DNA of 64,000 nucleotides from Reclinomonas americana ATCC 50394 (taxonomy: Eukaryota): assembly GCA_048213135.1 (NCBI GenBank), contig PS015023.1:112314-176313 (forward strand), in the 5' to 3' direction. The notes under the pieces were generated by a model. It was not told where the DNA came from. It made no database searches and saw only the letters and a list, made by a program, of their open reading frames with translations. A program made the translations under genes and the position numbers. Positions 1 to 11,700 of the stretch are shown piece after piece (position 1 is the stretch's first letter; the number at the start of each line of letters is the position of its first letter).

Positions 1-542
1 CCTTGCGCTCAGCGAATCCCTCAGAGAAGAACTAGCAAGCGTGTGAGTTTTCCCTGTCCGCGTGAGTGAGTTGAGTGGCTCTCACCTGCTTGAGGGCAAT
101 CACTGGTGTGTAGGAGCACTCGTTGCGCAGAAACTGCACAGGTAGACACGGAGCAAGAGGTGAGAGAGATGTGGGAGAGACTGGATGAGGGCACATGCTT
201 AACTTTGAAGACGGTCTCCATGAACCGCTGGTCCGTCTTGGAGGCAAAGTGGTAGCCGCGGTCGGCCAAGTGCTTGCTCAGCGTACGCGAGAAGCGCACA
301 AACATGAAGCTGAGCAGCTGCAACAGCATCACTGGATCACCGTGCTCCACGCTGCGCGGGAAACAAGTGAGATGAAATCAATCTCTCACACACTCACACG
401 CATCGATATCCCATCTCGCGCGCATATGTTTTTAAGCATACACACACACGCACCTTCTCCAGTCCACTGGCAATGGGCAGCGCACGTGTCGCAGTGCCTT
501 TTGCAGGCGCTCCACATTGTTGTGCAAGTCGCCAGTCGACAT
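1..542 (-). CDS. CEP44: Centrosomal protein CEP44, 5' part (runs off the window start)
   Basis: Exons 542-454, 351-204, 133-86 and 31-<1 splice to MSTGDLHNNVERLQKALRHVRCP...GDPVMLLQLLSFMFVRFSRTLSKHLADRGYHFASKTDQRFMETVFKFLRNECSYTPVIALKQFFSEGFAERK. This fits the CEP44 N-terminal pattern (MxTGDL...GDP...K.D.RF...GFAE.K). Confidence 0.88.
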
Positions 543-729
543 GGAAAAAGGCGTAACAATCAACCACCTTGCGTGGACGACTCACTCTCTCTCTCTCTCT
601 AGCACACAAGAGAAAAGCCACAGAGTGAGCACAAGCAACTCCCCTCACAAAGTCTGAGAGTCGGTCCGTGATGGGCCCCACTGACAACCTGCAAATCAGT
701 GTCCTAGTACCAGAAACGGTTTTTCAGTG

Positions 730-3700
730 ATGAGGCGAGAGAAGAGTAGCAGCACCCGGCTGCTTCTGGCAGTGGCGGCCACTGCTGCTGTGGTGGTGGT
801 AATGATGCTGGCGGTGGTGGTGGTGTCCGCAGAGACCACAGTGCACTTGCGTCGGCACGAGGTCACGAGCGACAACTCGGTGGCGTGGACTGCGCGTGCC
901 GAAGTGGAGGAGGAAGATGCCAAGTTGCGTGCCGCCCTCGCCCACCACCTGCTCCATTGTCATCATCCTCGTCTCATCTCTCTCCCCATCACAGCGTGCT
1001 GCGTCACGTGCAGACACTGCACAAGCGACGCGTGTTGGCCGACGATGCGCCGGCGGGTGGCGAGTACCGCCAGTCGTACATTGTCGCGCTGGCGGCGGAG
1101 GCACTGAGCAGTGGCGCGCATCGAGCGCATGCCATTGACGACATTCGACGCACGCTGACTGTGCTCGAGGTGGCGAGTGCCGATGCAGTTGCGGCACACA
1201 CAGATGACAACGACAAGTGTTTTGTTGTGGCGAGAGAGGACTCATCATCGCACAGGTGGACGCATCGGAGCTTCCGTCGACCGAGGTGACGGTGTCGCTG
1301 TTGCCGCCGAGTGGTGTGCTGGTGTTTTGCACGCCGCAGACGGCCCGCGCCATTCAGGAGCTGCCGCAGGTGGCGTGGATTTCATTGTTCCGACCGGAGC
1401 ACAAGTTGAGCGAGTCGGTGGAGAACCTGGACGAGGCCGTCGAGGAGGACAACCAGGAGTATGTGGGCGAGGCTCGTGCGCAGCAGTTGGTGGAGCGCAG
1501 TGCCAGCCTGTTTGGCGATCGTCTTGGCGAGCTGCGCAAGGCGTTGAAGCGTTTGACTCGCACGGCGCGTTCCTACCGGCTGGGCCTGGGTCGCGACGTG
1601 CTGCAGACCACGTTCCGTGTGGAGTTGGCGGCTCATCCGGGCGAGCTGACTGCCGAAGGGTTTGCCGAGGGCCTGCGCCAAGTGCTGGCCGATCGTTTGC
1701 CTGGGCACGGTACTTATACGCTTCCTCTCTTCCTTTGCATTGTGACCTTCGCTGTCTTGAGCGCTCATTCTCTTTGAGTACCTCTCAGTGCACGTCAAGG
1801 CTGCTCGCGACATGGTCCTGGTGTCGGTCACCGGAAGCGATGCCGAGTCCGCTCTCGGTCTCCTCTCGAAGATTCCCCGTGTGACGTGGGTCGAGGTGCG
1901 CCCACTCATTTGCCTTTCTGTTTTTGCACGCCTCCTTTGCTGATTCTTTTCTCCGCACAGCGCCATGCTCCGCGCCGCATCATGAACATGCACGCTCGCG
2001 GCATTACGCAGTCGGGCACACCGGCGTCGGCTCCGTTCGCCAACGTGCTGACTGGCGAAGGACAGCTTGTTGGTGCGTGTGCGCCGTGAGCATCGCAAGA
2101 CCACTCTAGATCTGACCTGTGCGTGACAGCGGTGACGGACACTGGTGTCGATACTCGCTCCTGCTTCTTCCACGACAAGGNNNNNNNNNNNNNNNNNNNN
2201 NNNNNNNNNNNNNNNNNNNNNNNNNNNNNNNNNNNNNNNNNNNNNNNNNNNNNNNNNNNNNNNNNNNNNNNNNNNNNNNNNNNNNNNNNNNNNNNNNNNN
2301 NNNNNNNNNNNNNNNNNNNNNNNNNNNNNNNNNNNNNNNNNNNNNNNNNNNNNNNNNNNNNNNNNNNNNNNNNNNNNNNNNNNNNNNNNNNATCACGAGG
2401 TGCCGTTCACTCGCACGCCGGACACTCTGCCGTCGTCACCGCACCGCAAGGTCCAGGGCTACTGGAGCTTCATGGACGGCCACGACGTGGCGCACGGTCA
2501 CGGCACGCATGTGGTATGTGGTCACGAATGTGTTTCAAGGAGAGTGCGGGAAGAGGCTGAACATGGCTTTTGCCCCTGTAGACTGGATCGGTCACTGGTA
2601 ACGCGGGCACCGACGCCATCCTCAAGTCGTCGAATGGCATGGCGCCGAATGCTCGACTGCTGTTCACCGACATTGGGTGCAGCAACGCAGGCGGCTGCAC
2701 GTGCCCGGCCAATGTGCCGTGCGACTGTGACCTGGAGGCGACTGGCAAGTGCAAGCCCGGTGGCGGCGCACTGTACATGCCGCTGTCGATTGACGGCTCA
2801 CTGCTGCCGTTCTCGTACCGCAACGGCGCGCGCATCTCGTCGAATTCGTGGGGTTCCAGCGAGAACAGCTACTCGCTGTCGTCCAAGTCCCTCGACATGT
2901 TCACCTATGAGCACAGAGTTTCGTGCCGCCGCCCTCTCACTCAACCAAACGCTTTACACACTAACACTGTGATGGTGCAGGACTTTTTGCAGCTGTTTGC
3001 CGCCGGCAACAGTGGCGACGACGGCTTTGGCACACTCGGTTCGGAGGCCAACTCGAAGAACGTGCTCGTCGTCGGTGCTTCGCACGCCTCGAGCGACGCG
3101 TACGCGCTGGTCACCAATCAGCTGAAGGACTTTGATGATGTGGCGGTGGAGATTGGCGCCCTGATCTGGGAGCTGTACGACTGCGACTTGGAGGAGCTGC
3201 CGACCAGTGAGTATACTCTCTTCTCGAAGAAGGGATTGTTCGCCTTTGTCTCACGTTGATGTGTGTGGCAGGCAACTGCGAGTTCGCCAAGCGCATTAAT
3301 GCCTCGGCCTCGTGCTGCGACACCGAGTCGGAGGTCTGCAAGACGCCACTGAAGGATGCCAACAGCACCGCGTGCGGTTGCGTGTTCCCTCCTTCCAAGA
3401 TCGACCTGGGCAACATTTGCTGCAAGTCGTGCGCACAAAAGTCCGTCGCTCGTCTCACCGACTACATTGCCGGCCCGCTCTCCATGGCGTCGTTCAGCAG
3501 CCGCGGCCCGACTGGTGACGGTCGCATCAAGCCGGATATTGTGGCTCCGTTGCGCCCCCCTCTCACTTGTTTCTCGTGCACCTCCTCCTGGAAGCTCACG
3601 AGCAAAACAGGGGAGCCGTGATTGTGTCGGCACGCGCGTATGACACGCAGGAGTCGGATCATGTGTGCGGCGCGCAGCCAGGTTGGTGATCTTGTCACGA

Positions 3701-4877
3701 GAAGCACAGCCCACGATGAATGCTGACTGGTGTTTCTGTGTGCAGCTACCGATCTGCGAGAGCATGTGACGGAAATGCAAGGCACCAGGTTTGTTGTACT
3801 CTCTCTACTCATCTTGTTGTACGAACAACTCATATTGATTCTTTCCGCGTGCACACAGCATGGCCACTCCTGTCACTGCCGGCAATGCGGTGCTGCTGCG
3901 CGAGTACCTCACCAAGTACTACCCCAACCCTGCTGGCCAGGTGTGTATGTCAGTGCCATCAGTTGCACCGCAGTGCTTGATTCTCAACTATGTACTTTTT
4001 TGTTGGTGCCGACAGGCTGAGGGCGCACAACCGATTGCCAACCCGCCGGCGTCACTGATGAAGGCTCTGATGATCAACGCTGCCGTCAACATGACGGGCG
4101 GCGTGTGCGATGCTGACAATGCCGACTGTGCCAAGAATCTGGGTGCCTGGAGCCCGCTGGTCTCCGGCTTTGGTCTGATGCGTCTCGACCGCGTCATTCC
4201 CGTCGATGCCAACAGCCCACGGTGCGTTTCGATGGGGTGCAGTGACACACGGTTTCCATTACCATCCATCTGACTCTTTTGTCTCACAGCACTCGTGTGT
4301 TGGCTGCCGAGACTGTGAAGCTGACGGTGCAGCAAGATGTGCAGTCCTACTCGGTTGCCGTTGATGCCTCGGCCACGGTCAGTCAGTCAGCGTGCAAATG
4401 CTTCTTCTCATTTGCCAAGTGACTCACATGTGGGGGAAAACACAGAACGACCTGGTGGTGACACTGGCGTGGACCGACATTCCGCCGGCCATGAGTGCCA
4501 AGTGGTCATTGGTCAACGATCTCGACCTGACGGTGGAGACACCGACGGGAATGGTGCTGCGTGGCAACGGTGCCGAGTCGAAGGACTGGCTGAACAATGT
4601 GGAGCGTGTGGTGGTGCCGGCGCCGCGGGTCTCGGGCAACTACAAGATTTCCGTCAAGGCGTTCGCTCTGGCCACTCGCGACCAAGATTTTAGCCTGGTC
4701 GTCAGCGGCTTGCCTGCACCGCCGACCAAGCCCTCCACTCCTCCCTCTGGCGACAACGGCAACAACGATTGCGGTACTGGGTGCAAGGTGGGCCTCTTCG
4801 GCATGGCGACGGCGGCGGCGGTGTTTTTGGTGGTGGCCCTGGTGATGCTCATCAAGGCGTACAACGGAAAGCGCTAA
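730..4877 (+). CDS. Membrane-anchored subtilisin-like S8 serine peptidase (KP-43/TagC-like), about 13 introns, spans an N gap
   Basis: Signal/TM N-terminus and catalytic motifs VAVTDTGVD (~2130), HGHGTHV (~2495), FAAGNSG, SSRGPTGDGRIKPDIVAPG and GTSMATP (split by intron 3789-3858). Also LMKALMIN, the LVNDLDL/NNVE P-type domain and a C-terminal TM helix. Confidence 0.93.
2181..2390. other. Assembly gap (run of N)
   Basis: 210 N bases inside the subtilase gene. Confidence 0.99.
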
Positions 4878-4967
4878 AGGAAGAGGGACTGGGAAAGAAA
4901 AAACAACATACAACCAACCATGTAGATGTTTAGCCAACAGTGTACACATTTTCCTATTGTGACTTGT

Positions 4968-7797
4968 TTATCGAATCGTGGCCAGCTGCAGCCACGTGCT
5001 CCAGTCGTCCACTGACAACTCGCCGTCGACCTCTAGTGACTCCGGGGCCTCGGCAACCCACGAGGCAACGGGACGGTACGGCCCATACACGCCGTGCTTC
5101 TTGAACTTGCACGAGCCAGGAAGCAGAATCTGTGCACTCGGAAGAACTCAATCGAAACGCGCGACAAGTCGCCTCGAGTCGAAAGAAACCATACCTCGGC
5201 ATACCGCGCCAGCAAAAACTCCACAGTCTTGCACCAGTAGTCCTCGGAAAGTGCTGGATCGGCGGGAAAGTCGACAAGCAGTGCAGCGAATTCAGCTGTG
5301 CACAAAAGGGTGAGCAAATTTGTGCGACGACCACCAGTATCCCAATCGATCGCGCGTGACGCAACACCACAGCGACGGCCGCGCCTCCACCAACGCCTTC
5401 ATCGTCGCCTGCTGCAACTCCAGTTGCGCACCACCAGGCAACCTCCACTCGGGAAACACCAAATGAAAGCCGTCGCGCACCTGTGCGGACGCGTGTCAGC
5501 CGTCGTGCCACGTCATCATCATCGCACGCCACGTGTTTCGTTGTTTTTGTCGAGCAAAGACGACGACGATGTTGTCTCGTGCGGCTATCCTCGTGTTGAT
5601 CCTCTCAGTGCTCTGCATTGCCTCTGTCTACGCGGCCCGACCGCCGGTGAGCACTCCGCGTGCAATCGCCTCAACGACGAACAACATGTGCGATCCACGC
5701 GTGCCTCACTCATCATTCTCCCGCTTCTCTCTCCTCGCCTCTGTATGCGCGTGTGTCTGTGTGCGTACGTGCTCTCTCAGGACTTCCCACCCGACGATCA
5801 CGTCATCCCACTGACAGGTCAAGACCCCATTCCGGCACCCTCGCGCGAGGACGTTGACCGACGCACACGCGAACGCGAGGAGGCCGTCATTCGCCAGAGT
5901 GGCAAGGTCTGTCCCCGCCCACCTTCTCCCCCTTCCCACCTCCCTCAGACACTGACTCGAGAGAGTTGTCTCGCTCACACAGACGCAGTATCCGTTCGGT
6001 ATGATGACGAAGAGAAAGAGAAGATGCAGATAGGAAGAATCTGCGTGACTGACTTCGTGCTGCAGCGATCGAGGATCCCAACATCCAACACGACGTGCTG
6101 GTGTGGGACGGCGGACCACCGTCCACCATTCCCGATCGTGACATTGAGGTGAGAGAGAGAAGGAGTGGGATCAAACAAGTTCGAATCTCGCTCAAAAGCA
6201 CTCTCTGTCTCTGTGCAGCTGTGGCAGTCATCGGTGTGGTCTGGTGGCCACTTTGGTGTTGGCTTCGGCAACACCACTGTCACGCTCTTCGAGTGTGCCA
6301 TTCCCGTGTGCGATCTGAGCAAGAATCCTGCCTACTCGGTGGTGCAGGTGCGGAAATCTGCGTAGGCGCTCTATCGCTGTCACTGTCTCACTGGTGGTGC
6401 GCGTGCAGAACAAGTGCGAGTTCCCGCTGGTGGATCCCCGCCGCGCCATCACATGGACGGCGACGGCATTTGGTGCCGATGCATGTTGCGTATCCCCATT
6501 TCTCTCCCCTCTTTCTCTCTCTCTTTACACATACTGACGATGTGCACGCAGTGGGACCTGGTGAACCCGCCTCGTTCCCCATGGACTCGCACTGGTTTGT
6601 GTCGCTCTCTCGCGGTGCCATTCACGTGCGTCACGACTACTGCCATCTCCCACGCAAAAAAGTGCCTCACTGCGCCTCCCTCTGCAGACCTATGTGCGCC
6701 ACCCGCCTCCCGACACTGCGTGCCCCACCCATCTGACCACACACATGGTGGCTCGTCTGCTTCTCGTCTCGTACGGTCGGCCATGAAAGAAAAAGGAAAG
6801 AAAGAGACCGACGTCTACCCCGTGCTCTCCTCCCACACCGAGTGCACAGGGACAGTGAAAGCCTCCCACTGTGTGTGTGAAAGAGTGTGTTCTCACCGCA
6901 GTGCCAGTGGGTCGATCGAGAGCGTAGGGAGCCGAGCGCGCCAGCAACAAGACTCGAGTGCGCAAGCCGCGCGGCGCAAGCGACAAGAGCACGCGCGCCA
7001 GCTGCGCTGCCATAGTCACCACGTCGACAGTACGCTCGACCGCACCACTCGCCGGCAGCACGCAGTCCAGATCCACATCCACAAACACGGGCATGTCCAC
7101 GGAGGTGTCGCCGAGGCGCTCCGGAATCTCCATGAGAAAGAGCGAGTTGCCGTGCTCGTACGTGTCACACGGCACATCCAGCAGGTCCTCTCGCGCCAAC
7201 TGCGTCACCGCTACTCCCTCCGTCAGCACCATTCCACCATCTCCAAACACTCGTTCGAGGAGGGCGCGTACCCTCAGCGTACAACTCGAGAAACATGCGA
7301 TGATCGTCGGCAGTCGGCAACAGAAATCTCCGATCGCTGCGCATGCAGTGATGTGTGGCCACCGTGCGCAGCTTGCCCGGCGTGTTCTCCGGCAAGTGCA
7401 CTTGCATTCTCACCCCAGAGCCTGCGCAGAGAAGAACTCAGTCAACATGGAGAGTGTGGGCGAGAGAGAGAGAGGGAGGGGGCGAAAAGTGTGACTGACT
7501 TGCCGCCACCATGGCCGCCGCAGTGACCTCCGAATCCAGTCGCTTTCGCACGCGCTTGGCCGAGCGAGACTCCGACGACACCTCAAACGCACGCATCCAC
7601 TGGTGCAGGCGCAGAACAGCAGGCAGTGGATCACGTGACTGAGAGGCCTCTGTGTGCACACACACACACACACGCACGCATCATGTGTGTGGGTGCTTGT
7701 GTATCAGGCACAGAAGAAGTGTCGACTTACCCGCTGCATAGGCCGGGCGATACGCTGCAAAGCCCTCCGTGTAGGGTCGATAGTTGGGATCGCCCAT
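4968..7797 (-). CDS. Archaeo-eukaryotic primase (AEP) catalytic-domain protein of NCLDV/herpes-primase type, 7 exons, about 350 aa
   Basis: The spliced product reads THHCM..FLLPTADDHRMFLELYAEAV..LFLMEIP..PVFVDVDLD (motif I), then after intron 6896-5481 VRDGFHLVFP (motif II), then WCKTVE..ILLPGSCK..GPYRP..LATIR*. All junctions are GT-AG and phase-compatible. Confidence 0.78.
5569..6786 (+). CDS. Small secreted protein of unknown function, nested antisense in the AEP gene intron
   Basis: Signal peptide MLSRAAILVLILSVLCIASVYA. Seven phase-consistent GT-AG introns with branch-like ctgac/ctcac motifs. Ends ...LLLVSYGRP* at 6784-6786. Confidence 0.72.
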
Positions 7798-7875
7798 TCC
7801 TCAACGCGCGAAAACACACAAGAAATGAAATCCGGCAAAGCGTGACAGGTTTCTCATCTCCAACACTCATACGAG

Positions 7876-8587
7876 ATGACTGTTCCGGAGAAGGTGCCCG
7901 AGTCAGAGGAGGCACCGCTGCCGCCTGACGGACCCACAGTTGCGCGTGACATTCTTCTCTCTCTCTCACTCTCTCTCTCACACACTCTGAGTGCTTGCAG
8001 ATTGGTCGCGCCACCTGGACGTTCCTGCACTCGCTGGCGGCCAACTACCCGCGACGCCCATCGCCAGAGTTGCAACGCACAGCCACTGTCTTTATGGAGG
8101 TGCGACATTGTGTGTGTGATGATGATGCAAGCATGCTCACATACAGAGAGAGCGCAGTCGTTTTCTCGATTGTACCCGTGCTCAACGTGCGCGGAGCATC
8201 TGCGTGAGGTGATGAAGGGAATGCCGCCGGAGACGTCGTCGCGAGAGGCCTTTTCCATGTGGATGTGTCGCGTGCACAATGAGGTCAATGCGGTCACTGG
8301 CAAGCCCGTGTTTGATTGCTCCAAGTGGCGAGAGTACTATGGCGACTATGATGGTGCGCCTTTTGTGTGATTCACAGTCTCGCCAGTGCACTGAGACGCA
8401 TGGTTGTGTGTGCATGTGGGCAGACGATGGTGACGAGGACGCGGAGAAGAAGGAGTGCAAGAAGCCTGCGTGTAACGACGCAGCGAGTTTCCAGTCGATG
8501 TTTGGGATGAACAAGAAGGCCACGCACCTGGTGGCACCGTCGCCGCCCAATGCCGCCATTCGTAAGGAAGTCGTCACTGACTCATGA
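7876..8587 (+). CDS. ERV1: Erv1/ALR FAD-dependent sulfhydryl oxidase
   Basis: PPDGPT|IGRATWTFLHSLAANYP...LYPCSTCAEHL...WMCRVHNEVN..GKPVFDC, with a C-terminal CKKPAC. Confidence 0.93.
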
Positions 8588-8794
8588 TGGCCTGCTTTGT
8601 TGCAAATAGTAGATCCGTCAGCCGCGGGGCCGCTGTTGCTCTCGCGAGAAACCCCACCCTCCCCCCTTTTTCGCACAGCATCGCAACTACAGTAGCAGTG
8701 CAGTGCAGCACCCAGCACGTAATAGAATAAGTCGAACCACCATTCGTGGATAACTATGTTTTTGATTTGTACACTTTGTCATCATCATCGTCTC

Positions 8795-11700
8795 TTACTT
8801 CTTTTTCGCGGCCAGCAGTGGCTCTGTCGACTTTTCCGACGTGAACGAGGTCGCCGTGGTTGGTGTGCGCACATTGATGGGCGTCGGTTCGTTGTCGGTG
8901 TCGGCCTCGAAGTCGTCGTCCGTGTACGCGTCGTCGTCGTCGGCGGGGTTGTGCGTCGAGCGCAACAAGTGCTGCTGCGGGGCCGACTGCCGACGCGTGT
9001 CAGCTGTCGGTTTTAACCTCGTGGCCACAGGCGCCACTGCCGGCGACGGTGGCGATGCAGGTGGTGAGGGTCCCGGCTGCGACGTGGGTGCAGTTGCTGT
9101 CGCTCGCTGCGCCGCCGGTGGTGAGGAGGCAGTCGGTGACAGCGCCAGAGGCGACGGTGCGCCGGCAGCACGCTGTCCTTTCTGCAACAGTGCGTTCTCG
9201 CGTTGCAGCTCATCCAGTTGACGGAAGAGTTGAGGCGAGGGTACGTTGGTGGACATGGCCTCCAGTTGCGCCTTTAGCCGATCGCGTTCCTCCGTGAGCT
9301 GTGCAACCAGAGGGAGTGTCAATGTCGCTGCGAGTGCGCGTCGTGAGGGGCAAATAGATGGAATACACACCTCGAGGCGCTCTCGGTCGCACACGCGAAG
9401 CATCGCCTGCGTGCCATACAGAGTCGATCGCTCCTGCTCCAACTGCGCATCGATCAGTCAGCAACCCTCGCCGAGCATACATATCATATTTCACGACTCA
9501 GTCAACCGCACCTTACGTTCCAACAGCTGGTACTGCGTGCGCTGCGCGTCGAGTTGCTCCTGTTGCTTCTCGTTCTCCTCCAGCAGCTCGCTGACCGATG
9601 CGCCCTTGTCGCTGTCGTTGGGCGGGGGCGATCGGATGGCCTCGGCAGCAGCAAGACGGGCGGTCAGATCGGTGATGACCCATTCCAGCTCACGCGCCTC
9701 GGACGCCATCTCATCGCGCTCCGCGACCGCCTCACGCACACGTGCCTCGAGAAGCGGAATTTCCTTTTGCAGCCCCGCAATGTCCCATCGTGCCTGCGTT
9801 TGTGCGAGTGAGCGAGTGGCGATCCATCACCCACGTGTAACCATCCTCACGACGCACCCGCTGCTCGTGAGCCGTAAAGTTCTTCTTCTCTGTCTCCAGT
9901 GCTTGTCGCAGTGACTGGTTCTCCTGCTGTGCCTGATGCAACAGCAAGTGCAACTCTTGCTCCGTCTGTGCAAGGTCAGGGACGATGTGCGCAGAGACAC
10001 GAACACCTGCAACTGCCACTCACCTCGCCTCCCGAGACCACGTGCACCATCTCCTGACTCGATCGCAAATCACCCTCCAGAGTGCGAATGCGCTGCTGGG
10101 CCAACTCGAGTTCCTTGTGTGTGCGTGGCGCAGCAATTTCATCAACAACAACGACTATGATGAAGGCACTTGCACACCCTCCCAGATATACACCTTTCGC
10201 AAATTCTCGAGCTGTGCGTTCTGGCTGGCCAGCGTCTCCTCCAACTCGAACACACGCATGCCCGTGGTCGCAGAGGGACTCTGGATGCGCTCGTGAGCAC
10301 GACGCAGAAGATACCATGGGGGATGATGTTGTACTCATACCTCGCGAGCTCCAACTGGCGACGGCGGCGCGTGCTTGCTGCCGTGCACCGGTGGCAGTGG
10401 CGCTTGTGAAAGTGTTCGCGGTGAACCAGCCACCGGCGACCGTGGAGTCAGTCGCCGCATCGACTGCGCTCAGGGCATTGTTTAGTGGAATGAAATGGCA
10501 GACACAAGGCGCTCACACAGTCGGCTCACCTCTGGAGTGCCGGCCGCAATGCCCTCAAGTTCCTGTATTCTGTTCCACATGCGCCGTTTCTCGTCGTCGC
10601 TCACTCGCAACCGCTTCGTGAGATCCTGTACACGTGGTGAGAGTCGGCAACGTGCCAATCGCTGCAACTCTTGCACACTTCTGCAGACCTCCATTGCTTC
10701 CATCGATTCTGCTTTGCTGAGACGACCCGTTCGTCGTTCCTCCTCCAGCTCGTCAGTGATTTGCAACAACTGCGATTCCAGCTGCGCCACCGACTCTCGC
10801 AGCGCGCCCTCGGTCTGACTGCGCAGTGATTTTCTCTGCCAGCAACATTTCTGAGTAACGGCCGGAGCAATCCTGCGTCTCTCTGCCGATTCAACTCACC
10901 AGCTGCAGGCGCTCGCCGGCGACTGGTGCACTAGATGCGACCTGTGACAAGGCCAGCAGCGCATTGCACACGGTTCCCTTGACCACCAGATCTGCTGTTG
11001 TTGTGATCACATCCTCTTCCAGGGCACTCTGTGCTCGCATGGTCTCCTCCAGTGCATTGGTGCATTCGTGCTGCGTGCGCAACAGTGCATGAGCACACAC
11101 TAGCACAACGCAGACACCGCGAGTCGGCATACCAGCTGCTGTACCAACAGGTCGTGCTCCTCACTCGACGCAGCAGTAGTCGACAGGTTGGCCCGCTCCG
11201 TGCGATTGGCCATCTCGGTGGCTGCCATCAGCTCGCCGGCGAGTCGATCTCGATCCACCACGGCCACGCACAGCGCGTCTTGTGCGCGACTAATGTCCTC
11301 CTGCAGTTGCGTGCACTTTTGCTCACCACGCACAGCATACGCTTGTGCGGCGTCGCGCTCGGCCAGCGCCGCCTCCAGCTGTGCGTTCAACTTTTGCGGC
11401 ACCTCCTCGGCGGCCTCCAGCTGCTGCTTCAGCTGCTCCACTTGCGCTCGCAGCGCAGCGATTTCCTCACCAGTCTCCTGTACCGCATGCAAACAACGAG
11501 CAAGAATTACACCGGTGGCTCAGCACAATCGACTACCCACCTATCACTGCCTGCTCGCACCTTGCGCACGCGGTCTGTTGTCTCCGCCAACACGTCACGC
11601 AGCACGGAGTTGGAGAGCGCACTCGCCGACACCTGCTGCAAGCGTTCCTGCTTCTCGTGCAAATCACTGGCCGCGGTCGACGCCTCGTACTTGGCCTGCT

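Noticed and set aside
921-994. Non-GT (TT- or GC-starting) donors at GTTGCG sites
   Set aside because: Frame and phase are satisfied by cleavage at the GT one base earlier, so these are GT-AG introns with a shifted consensus.
2106-2972. Long ORFs containing X runs
   Set aside because: Artefacts of the N gap.
6690-6896. Primase reading straight through to TVGGFHCPC as motif II
   Set aside because: A much better motif II (RDGFHLVFP) and the rest of the domain lie at 5480-4968. Read-through would also overlap the nested gene.
7495-7503. GC donor gcg|GCAAGT in the primase gene
   Set aside because: Its phase does not match the acceptor; the nearby a|GTCAGT fits.
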